Part shown: one piece after another, positions 37,901-48,621 of the stretch
Position numbering within the stretch: position 1 is the first letter of the stretch
Layout of the letters: each line of letters starts with the position of its first letter
Assembly (NCBI GenBank): GCA_964035545.1
Contig: OZ037767.1
Span: 20,786,628-20,850,627, forward strand
DNA: 64,000 nt
Direction: 5' to 3'
Source: Bugula neritina
Lineage: Eukaryota; Animalia; Bryozoa
Translations under genes and position numbers: made by a program
The notes under the pieces: generated by a model
The model's database searches: none
What the model saw: only the letters and a program-made list of their open reading frames with translations
What the model was told of the DNA's origin: nothing

Positions 37901-40900
37901 CTGTGCCTCAAGCCACATTGATTAGAAAGTTAAACACTCCATGTGAATAATATGTAAATATTGTAGTGTTGGCTACATACAGTATGTAACCTCCTTCACT
38001 GTATCTAAACTTCTCTTTATCCACATACAGCTAAATATTGTCATGTATTTTATGAATAAGTATATTATGTTACTTTAGTAGATCTTAGAGGCTTGGCAGG
38101 TTAGAAAATTCAAGTTGAAAATCAATGACTTTCCATTGAACGGCGTGTTTGTTGTAAGATTTTCTGTATACCCTGTTGTTGGTTGTTGCCTTCAGCTACT
38201 CTGTGAATGTAAAATTGATCTGCCAAAGGCTCCTATTACCTGCCTGCAAATCAATGTAATGACAGGGAGCTGAAAACGTAGCTTTTAAATCCGATACAAG
38301 TTGAAGTATTCAGTTCAGAGTGTCACGATCATGTTTCACTTTGCTTTCGTTTGTTTGCTAGCATCTCCTATAGGCTGCTGCCTGTGCTGTCGTAACAGCC
38401 TTGCAGTCCCTCTGCTGATATATCTGATCTGTTCAGAGAGCTGGGATTGACTTGAATAGATTTTTCTGGTTGTTTGGATTTCATTTTGAGTTGGCTTTGC
38501 AGCTGAAGGTTTACCGAGTAAACAGCACCTTTGAAGGCCCAGTCAATAGCTTGCCTTCACTTAATTTACCTGCATCATCGATTTCTTAAATTTACTTTGG
38601 CTAAACTTTTTAGGGTTTTAATACGGCTTAGGCTTACCTGGGGCTGCTGTAGACACTTTTACAGTCAAATGCCAAGTTTATTGAATGCCTGTAAATGGAT
38701 TTATAAGTTGTAAAGGTGGTGAAAATCCACTTTGCTAAAACCTGCATAATTACTTTATTCTGTTTTGTCTTGAAGTCATAAATGCAGTCTGCCTTCTGCT
38801 AATATTCATTACTTCTTATTAGCAGGCTTGGCTTTCGGCTTGCTTTGTAAGCAGATAGAAATTATTATCCTATTTACAGCAGCCTTCTCGGAGTAATTTG
38901 TAAAGCATGTTTTTTGATTCAACATAATTCAATCCATTCTGAATGAGATTTTCAGAGGATTTATATAATAGCTCAGGAATGTATGCTGTTAGCAATACAA
39001 GGTGCGATAGGACGGCCATGCACACTGCAGTCATTAATCATAGCCAACTCAAACTTTTGATCTTATCTCCACCTCAATTTTCATACAGATTTGTTCCACT
39101 GTATTAGATGAGATGAAATATTAGACAGAGGAATGTAATAATAGCATCTTGCACTGACAATACAAAGCTCTATCCTCGGGTGTACTTGATCTTGCCTGTG
39201 AAACTAGACCTCGTCTTAGCCTTGGTATCTTTTCAATGTGTCTGCTGTATTCTCTTAGTCTCCAGTCTACACAGCCTGTCCACTTCATTCTCTTAGTCTT
39301 AGTCCCCAGTCTAAACAGCCTGTCCACTTCATTCTCTTAGCCTTAGTTCCCAGTCTATACAGCCTGTCCACTTCATTCTCTTAGCCTTCGTCCCCAGTCT
39401 ATACAGCCTGTCCACTTCATTCTCTTAGCCTTAGTCCCCAGTCTACACAGCCTGTCCACTTCATTCTCTTAGCCTTAGTCCCCAGTCTATACACCCTGTC
39501 CACTTCATTCTCTTAGCCTTAGTCCCCAGTTTATACAGTATTCATTATTATTGTTGAACTGATTGCTTCAGCCGGAAGGTGAGGATATTGTGAAGAAGAC
39601 ACAGCTAATGGAGTTGGCCATCATGAATGGCACGTACAGGAACCAGACAAAACTGCTACAGGCTGCTGCTGCCCAATCAGCTCGTAAGTGCTCTTGTCGT
39701 CCAGCCAATCACATCGCCCCCCTCAATCTGCTGCACTGTCGGCTCTAATGATAGGCTTCTCTAATACTTTCAGGTGTTTGATGCTGCTTCTTCTAACAAG
39801 GATGATTTCAGAGTGACTGGTGCTGCCGATTATGTAATTCTTCTCAAATATTTGACCTTCACAGCAGCATTTCCTGAGTGAATGTCTAGCTGTTAGTCCA
39901 CTGATAAGCAGCATAGAGTAGTATATCGGCAGCACCACTCACTGTCAGCTAATGTAGTCTTCTCTCTTTCAGGTGATGCCTGTGCACTGCCTGTGCATTG
40001 TCCGGTGTAGACATGTCTCCGGTGTAGGTCTGTCCACTAATACTTGTTGGTAAACTTACTGCTCTGTTTGCAGCCGGAAGGGGAAGATGAACTGAAGAGA
40101 CGTCAGCTCATGGAACTCGCTCTTATAAATGGTACTTACCGTGACACTAAGTCAGCGGCCACCCCCTCCGACCAGAGCAGCGGCGTGTCTCCGCCCTCTT
40201 CGCTCTCTCCCCTCACAGGGCCGGGTCACCCGGCAGCAATGGCTGCCGCTGTAGCCAGCCGTAAGTGGCATGCTCGTCGTTGTACATAGCATGTTGTGCC
40301 GGCTTCATCTAGTAGAGTTTAGAACCCGCAGCTCGTGCATTGTGTTGTAATTATCTTCTCCTGACCAGAGCTCTTCCCTGCTCTACCAACTTCAGTCTCA
40401 GTTACACTTTGTGCTGGTCTCTACATTCATGTGCAGACAACTTCCAACTGGTAGTATAGCAAATTGTATAATCTAGTCAACTAGGTTGGAGTATTTACAG
40501 TTGATGTCCTGCTACCTATACAGCAACCTCTAAGCTGCTCGTTGTGATACAAACTATTGCCTCTGGAGAGATCGTGATACATGGTGTGAATTATGTTGTA
40601 GAGCTGAAATGTTATGTTGTATTTGTAGTTATCTTCTCTCATTAAATTGCACCAACTATAAATATATGATGCTTCCAAAGGTACATCTATTATGCTTTGC
40701 AGTAGAACACAGGTGATCTAATTTTCTGCGGTGAAAAAATGGGAGAGAGCACAACACTCAATTTAATTTTTTTAATTTAAAAAACTTTGAAATTTTCAAT
40801 TATTTGACAAACTCAAAAATGTGTCTCAAGAGTGAATTTCTAGTTAAAAACTTACTTTTGAATAACTTAATGTAACGTTTGCTATTTCTTGACCCTTCTT

Positions 40901-43605
40901 TATTGCCTTGAAGGTCAAAGCCGGCATGCTCTGTTAAGCTGGCAGAGTGAGCATACTCTGTCTTAACAGCCAACTTTCTATGCTTTACTAACCATTCAGT
41001 GTTTGTTACAGTACCTAGACTTCTACGGCACATGTGCAGATGCACAGGAAGCTCTGTTGCCGTGTGTAAGCTGCACCCAATAGTATTGCTTGCTGCTTAT
41101 ATTTAGCCAACTGCTATTCAAGTTGTCACTCAAAGTAACTTTTCTACTTTTTGTGCAGACAAACTGACAAAGAACATAACTCCGCATTATATTACGTTAC
41201 AATATGAAGATGCTTTACATATGTATGGTAGTGTGAAGATTGACTCAAAGCTATGTGCAAGTTGTGTTCTTTGTCGGTGGCCCTTTGCATGTTGTACACA
41301 ATCAGTTGAGTGATGGCTACTGTTGAATGTGCGTTTGTTTGTTATAGTTGATGCTACTAGCTCCTCACATGCTCTTGCCTTTACACTTACCATCTATATT
41401 TTACTTACTGCTAGATTACAAGCAGCACTTGTTATTATCTGTTAGTTGTACACATGTATTTACCCTTAGTTCCATAGGCAGTATTTTCTTACCATTTTAA
41501 AAAGGAGAAGACAACCCCAAATTTTTCAAATGATTTCAATTGGATTTTCATTTAATGTGGTTAACTAGTGCCGTTTCATTAAAGAGAACTGACTGCCTGT
41601 GCTGTTACTAAATGCTCTCCGATACTAGCAGCTGTGACAGCACTCCTGGCAGCCATGTACTCTTGTTTGTCTTGACTATTCAATGTTTTATGTTGATACA
41701 GAACTGCAACACAGACTGATGGGACAACCTCTCATTCCAGCTGCCCCAGCAGCATACCAGCAGCAGCTGAGTTTAGCCATGCAGCAACAGTCTCCCCTGT
41801 TGAGAATGCCACCATTTGGTCAGCTGGGGGCACAGCTGCACGTCTCGCCTCGGCTTGCTACCCCTGTCTCTCAGGCAGCACAGAATCCTGGTGCCCCCCT
41901 GATGGGAATGCCTCCACCACTGGTATCCTCAACTGACGGATCTGCAACTACAGGCACCATGCTTTATAACACGGCAGCAACATCACTGCCAGGCTTTATA
42001 GGTCAGAATGCTGCCGACCTGAGCCCCTTCGGTCTGATTAACCAGGCTGGACTATTTGAATACCAAACCCCTGCAGTTGACCCGTCAGCAGCTGGTATGT
42101 TCACTAACACATGTGGCAGCGTGGCTGCGTCAGCTTGACATTTGTGAGTCTTAAACTTAATGGTCAAGTGTTGTACTGCCTTTAACTTGGCGATCAAGTG
42201 TGGTAGTGCCTTTAACTTAATGATCAAGTGTTGTACTGACTTTAACTTGATGGTCAAGTGTGGTAGTGCCTTCATTTTAGTGAATGTTGGTAGCAGTGAC
42301 TCGTGGTGTCAATTATGTATGATTTGTGTAAGCTGCTGACCTCACTTTACTACTACAGTGTCAGCACCAATGTGTCAACCCAGCTGCAACAGTCTGTAAT
42401 GTAGTTAGATGTGCTATACTAATGACTAGCAGTGTTTTAGGAATCATGATGTTCTCACCTCCCCCTGAAAGCTATTTCGGTTCTACACACCCTGGTCTTC
42501 AGAACTACCAAATGCCTATTACCAACTATTGACCTGCTACTGACAGCTCTCCAACTCCATTGGTTAATGCCAGCTGGTCAACTTGTCTTAATCTACAGCC
42601 AGACACCTCTTAATGTTTTTTTCGTACAATTAATTATATTTTATCAGTTTTATCAGCCACTCACCGTAATTCAACTTCCTGTACACTCTATCAGCACTAA
42701 CAGATCTGATTGGCGTCTGGGAAAGACTAACCACTGCTTAGTCTGGCTGCTGCCACTTTAAAATCAATTTTAACCAAAATTAGCTGCTGCATAAGTCACC
42801 ACCTGACGTTGATGTTAATACTTGCTCTCACTCTCGAGTATATGTCTGTCTGTACATTTCCTGGCATAGTTTCCGCTGGCTTAATCTCTGGGGTTGTAAC
42901 TTAACTTGGCACATTTCTACTAGTATTAACATCTTTATCATGTCGCCATAAACTTTGCCCAGTAGTAATTCCCTTCTTTAACTCAATCATTTTCTTAAAA
43001 AATAACTCCATTTTATCATCAAAATTATCTTTAAAATATTCTGTGATAATTTGGCCCCATCTTGTACATATCATCCTTTCAATACGACAGACCCCTACAT
43101 TCCAAATGTTCCAGAATGTTCCCTCTAAGAAAACTCAACCTTTTCCACATCCTCAACTTGTTGAGTATACTTTCATAACTAACGAATTGTTTGGACTGGC
43201 TACCCTGCCATGATCACATGATCACTAGCCATGATCACTGGTTGTGGGTCAGCACATAGCACTCTACTCAGCATGTTGTCATGGTGATTTCCATAATACT
43301 GCCTGCTGTCACACAAGACTGTCTGCTCACTGCTGCCAACCTATCGCAGTCCATCACTAACTTCTCTATAAGCTGTTTTGTACTTGAGGGGACAACTTAG
43401 CACTGCTATAGGAAGGCAGCATAGCTGACTATCTTGTATCAACTGGTAAAGCACGCCAATCTCTTAGTCTCGTATAACATAACCTCACGTAATCATGCTT
43501 GTCAGGGATGTGTTTTACACCCAGTGGGCATCTCTTACAGGTGCCATAAACAAAGTTCGGCGTACAGCCGCTGCCGTTGCCACTCACCCTTATCAGAGAG
43601 TCTAA
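31931..43605 (+). CDS. QKI: STAR-family RNA-binding protein Quaking/Held-out-wings (QUA1-KH-QUA2), 390 aa with exon 5b or 365 aa with exon 5a
   Basis: Exons 31931-32069 (QUA1 [31 protein letters not shown]), 35659-35786, 36993-37109 ([12 protein letters not shown]...[15 protein letters not shown]), 37349-37492 ([20 protein letters not shown]), 39572-39683 or 40074-40260 (QUA2), 41702-42094 (Pro/Gln-rich) and 43541-43605 (GAINKVRR...HPYQRV, PY-NLS as in QKI-5/How(L)). The start could instead be the ATG at 31946. Confidence 0.96.
39250..39537. repeat. 44-bp intronic minisatellite, about 6.5 copies, directly upstream of QKI exon 5a
   Basis: Unit cagcctgtccacttcattctcttagccttagtccccagtctata at 39272, 39316, 39360, 39404, 39448 and 39492. 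Confidence 0.95.
39572..39683 (+). CDS. QKI: QKI alternative exon 5a (divergent QUA2 copy: [37 protein letters not shown])
   Basis: ttcag|CCG acceptor and C|gtaagt donor; 112 nt, phase 0 to 1, open frame, clear QUA2 homology. Confidence 0.88.
40074..40260 (+). CDS. QKI: QKI alternative exon 5b (canonical QUA2: [24 protein letters not shown] plus Ser/Pro-rich linker)
   Basis: tttgcag|CCG acceptor and C|gtaagt donor; 187 nt, phase 0 to 1; close to HOW EDELKKRQLMELAIINGTYRD. Confidence 0.93.
42150..42275. repeat. 30-bp intronic tandem repeat x4 (tttaacttgatgatcaagtgtggtagtgcc)
   Basis: Units at about 42151, 42181, 42211 and 42241 in the last QKI intron. Confidence 0.9.
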
Positions 43606-46490
43606 CACTCACTCACTTGGCAAGACTTTCACACGACGCATGTATATAACGGAAGGTTAGTTGACTCTTACTAACAGCAGTAGGGACTCTGGTTGCTGCC
43701 ACTGGGTCACTGTGCTGCCTCGGGTCACTGGCAGATGTGATGTTTTATAAACTCTGCTTTTTAGTCTAGCATCAAGCACTTGTACATGTATGTTAATAAT
43801 TATTGGTGAATTGGGCTATCAGTTTTGTATCTAATGTATTGACTGCTAACTTTCCTAGCTCTAATCTCCACTCAACAAGCTGCCATATTGTTTCCTGTTG
43901 TCTTATTCTCACCAACTAACTTCAACTTTCTGCCCTGCATCAGAGTTCTATAAACACATAGTTCCAGTCTCTATATGCCCAGTTAGAAGAGTAGTGCATT
44001 CTTGTTTCTCCTTAATAATGGACAAACTAATGATCACCTATTCGGTTGCTTGCAGTTTTCATGGTGAACCTGTGCTTTATTAATATAATATATAATAACA
44101 CAATATAACCATATCATATGATAACCTGTGCTAGTCCATGATTTCTTATTGCAATAACTTTCTACAATGTCACGTGGTACAATGTCACACGGTGCAATGT
44201 CACGTGGTGCAATGTCACGTTGTGCAATGTCACACGCAATATTCACCGACAGCTTTCGTCAGAGCAACTAACCTATAAAACTGGTGATAGATTGCATAAC
44301 TTCCTTAGCTCTATTTCTGTCTCACACATTCAGTATTACGACCAGGCTGTGCTATACAGGCTTGAGACGGCCTGCTACCCATTAACATTTACAATGTAGT
44401 GAACATGTGACAATCAGTTCAGTGTGGCCTTGCACTGGATACTATGCAATTTTGAATAGTTTGCAATACCTATATAAATATGTATGGCATGAGAATTAAA
44501 TATTTTTTTCTGTTTTATTATGACACCATTTAGACATTTCCTATGTTAATCACCTGTTTTATACACGAATACTATTTTGTTTATCAAATATTGTTTCAAC
44601 TGATTTTATTTTGAATAGGTTGAGTCTGGAAGGTTTTCATTTAGGCCAATATTTTTTAATACGTTATGCAATTTTTTAACTGAAGTTATTTTGTTTTTTA
44701 ATTGAAGTTATTATTTTGTTGTTGGTTGTAAGATGCTGCTACTATGATTTAATGACTGAATATTAAATCATCATGTGCAGCTTTTTTCTTGCCATTTTAT
44801 AGCATTTTCACATTTTTTTTCAATAAATACAAATTTCAAAATTTACAAATATTTGCCAAGTAATTTTCTTCTCAATATCTCCTCATCTCTGCACCTTCCA
44901 TCTCCCATTCCACTCACTAGAATATAACTTACTTATTTCATTGATTTTCAACTATTGTTTGTCAATACTAGTTATACTAATATCTTGACCGCATTTTAGT
45001 TTGATTCAAATAATTTTCAATTTTCTCACTAAGACTTGGTATAAAACTTAGCCAGTAATAGCTAAGTTGGTTCTAGGCTGGGGTGATAGTTCTGCGTATT
45101 CATTATCAATAAGATTCAATCTGTTTGTTAACCTTGGTTTAATGATAGTAATTCAGTTGTTTATCCACCTCAATATTTGGAAAATAGAACAAGTATGCAA
45201 GAACTGTCACCCGAAGCTAGCCCACAGCAAGGTGATGACTATCTTTTCTTTATGCCTTCTAGTTGCCAGGACTAACATATTTACACCTTCAAGCACCGTA
45301 CAGGATCTTCTGTGCTTTGTGATGTGGACATACCTAACGCTGTCAAACCCTGCTCTTTATTGGCCGGTTCTAGTGAGACTACTTGTACATCTATTACTAC
45401 TTATACTTATGACCACTTGAATATCGTGATAACTATTAACCAGTTTTGATTCCATATCTCAGACAATTTGCACTAATCATGAGCTTGTTTAAATTTCTAC
45501 TCTGATTTACTATCTAATATGACATCAACTGTGATGGGTGCAGCTAACCAATCACTTCTTTAAATGTAATCATGCATTTGATTGGCTTAATTTCCTTGAT
45601 ACCACGATTAATGCTAACCATGTATATTTTGAACAAAGCTGGCAATTGGTAGACATTTTGATGGTGTTATGTATGTATACTAATAACTATAATATTATAT
45701 CTTGGCCGAGAAATGTGCCTTTTGCCTTATGTCTTTAACTCATGAATTTTGTTTACACTGCATCTAGCGCTATTTTTACACCAGTTATTTTCATTATTAT
45801 ATCTTGGAAGTGATTATACTGTGGAACTAATACGGTTCTTAGACATTAGGTTCTTTTATTTTGTTGTATTGATAGCTGACATGTATATACATTTTGTTAT
45901 TTGTTATTCATTTTCACTACTTACTTGAGTGTTAAATATCACAATGTCTGTGTTGGTGTGACTTTAGAGTGGGAGTTGTGTTATTTGCTGCAGCATGCAT
46001 TACCAGTGTGCATCTAAGCATGGCCAATTGAGTTGTTCAATGAAATTTATATGCTTTTCAATTTTCATCTAACTGCAAAGTTTGATTTAGTTATTGCAGT
46101 TGTTTGCTTGTGGCCATTAGCAACCAATATGGCACTGCTTTCGTGGTTGCATGTCACCTAATATGCCAACTATTGCAATCCTGTTGCTGTGAGATTGAAA
46201 ATGCTAACCACTGTACTGTTGCTGTTCTTCATAACTACTAATGTGTTCCTTACATGCTAAATTTTGCTGTTACAGTGTTCGTATTGGCCTGGGGTTTAAC
46301 CAAATGCTACTTCCCAGGTTAATATGTCACTTAGTTTTGTATAGTTATGCTTGTACTAAGGCCTGGACCTACTTACCCAGCTACTGTACTTGTTTATGTA
46401 GTCTTTCTTCTAACAGTGTATACTTAACACCCTGTTTTTCTCTTATCTAATACAGTCATAATAAAGTTTCATTACTAAAACAACTAATTG
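43606..46490 (+). promoter_or_regulatory. long QKI 3' UTR with Quaking-response-like elements and tandem poly(A) signals
   Basis: AATAAA at 44822 and 46460, U-rich sequence, and sense-strand ACTAAY at 43670, 43915, 44026, 44267, 44976, 45271, 45472, 45679 and 45826. Confidence 0.6.
44165..44235. repeat. 15-bp tandem repeat x5 (caatgtcacgtggtg) in the QKI 3' UTR
   Basis: Visible tandem units. Confidence 0.9.
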
Positions 46491-47461
46491 GTATATTCAT
46501 CAATTGCAAGCTATGCAGTAGTGCTCAGCAGCTCACACCTCAACCACTGCACCAACACTAAATCCATTTGAGTACGTCATGGTGTTGATCTAGTTTTCAG
46601 GCTTAACATGGAGTGGGAGTTGCCTGATCATATACGCTGATTGATGAAATCATTCTTTCTAACCAATGATTGATTTAAAGCTGTTCATATTGATTATGTC
46701 ATAACTAATTTTTCATGCTTGTGTCGCAGGAACCCTTCTGGAATGGCTGGCTAGCTGTTTTAACATCTAACATTCCATTACTTAGCCTAGTTAACCCGTA
46801 TTTTCAACTAATATTCAAGGCATACTTTCGCATGAGTTGGCCACTCTAAGGCAGCAGCAGCATTTGTGACCATCTCCTGACATTTTCTTGGTCATTCGTG
46901 TGATATTTACATTTGCTAACAAATCTCAACCAAAATTTTATTCATAGTGCTTCGGGAATCAAAATCCGAGTATATACACTGGGTGTTTATCAAAGACTAT
47001 TTTCATTTTAATACTCATTGTATAGACATTATTTCTTTTTTTTTCTTGCCAATCTTTATATTTTGTATTCTTCATAAAGCTATGCACCACAGAATAAAAT
47101 ATAAATATAATGCCTAATTTCTTTGTGAAGACTAATGATTTACTGTGTATAATTTTATCTAATTTTGTCAGTTTTCGAGTTCTGTTCACAATTAACCTCG
47201 CACATTCTGCTATAGAAACCTACTATATAACTGCATCACGTAATTGCTTTAAAATGTTTTCAGCTTACTGCACACACACCACGTGCTACTAAACCACACC
47301 ATGGTGTGACGAAGTAAGGCAAACTTAATAAAAAAATTTAATCTAATGATAAAGGAGAAGGACATCAGGCCTGCTTCATTCAGTTGCTCTAGTTGAAAAA
47401 TAAAGCTGCAAGCCTCTACCTTTCTAGGTTACAATAGGCAGATTTTCTGTATCATTTACCA

Positions 47462-48621
47462 CAGTGGTTCCCAACCTGGGGGGAATTTAGACTTTTTAGG
47501 TTGGTAATTTAGAGTTTGAAAAATTCACGCAGTTTGTTGACGGCTTTTTGAACTCTTGCAAGTTACATGTATAATATCTATAAGCCTTCATTTTAGTTCA
47601 ATTATTTAACCAAACCATATTCTGCAATCTCAGTCTACTTCTACATGATTGTGTTTATTAATTGTTCTACCCTAACTCTCTGTGGTATGTCGAATGGAAA
47701 TAAAAAAATTGCAAAAACCAACAGGCAAGTCAATCTCTATGAACTGTATACTAAATATTTAGTAAATATATTTGCTGCACTAAATAATCTAAACCTAAAA
47801 ATGCAGGAGTGCAATCATACCATTGCTTTTCATAGCAGCATCAATGTTTTTAAATTTACACTAAAGCATGGTGCCTATCCCCACACTCAATCATCTATTA
47901 TAGGAGAAGAACCTGTTCCAATTTTAGGTAAAAATTGCACACTGGTAATAAATTTCCCAAACCCAGTAAAAATTACAGAAGTAATAATGGCAGAAAATGG
48001 AAAAGTAAGTAAAAATGGCACAGGTAATAATGGCACAAATGTAAAAGTAGTTGAAAATTGCACATTTTTAATTTTGGGGATGGGGTTTGGGTTGGAGTTT
48101 GTTTAATATCAGTGTGCCATTTTTACCCACTCTTCTATTTGTGCCATTACTACCTGTGCCATTTTTACCTAAAATAATTCTGGATTTCAACAACAAACTC
48201 TTCTCACACATGGCTGACAAAGCAGAGTTTTGGTGCCACCCAACACCACCTATCTATGTGAGGTAGGATTCTCATCAATTCAAAGAAAAGAGAAACTGCC
48301 TAAACCTGATGAGTGACTTAAGATGGGCCTGGTCAAAAACAGAGCCAGGCTTAAGCAAGCCTGGCACAAAAGCATTAGCTGCAGCCTTAACATTAAAAAC
48401 TGAACTGCTCTGTGTTTTATAACATAATAATAACGATAATATAACGATATATTATGAAATTATATTATATTCAAATATAACAGAACAAACTATATTACAT
48501 TGTATCATATATATTATCATTGTCAGTCATAAAGTTTTTGATTTGCAGAAGGGGGGGGGGAATTAATAGTCAACATTCTTTATGAAAGGGGGAATAGTGC
48601 GAAAAAGGTTGGGAACCACTG
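47462..48621 (+). mobile_element. non-autonomous hAT (Charlie/Buster-type) element, copy 1, with transposase remnants
   Basis: 16-bp TIRs cagtggttcccaacct/aggttgggaaccactg; perfect 8-bp TSD ATTTACCA (47454-47461, 48622-48629); transposase remnants YLVNIFAALNNLNLKMQ and RVLVPPNTTYLCEVGFS (hATC dimerisation motif). Confidence 0.93.
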
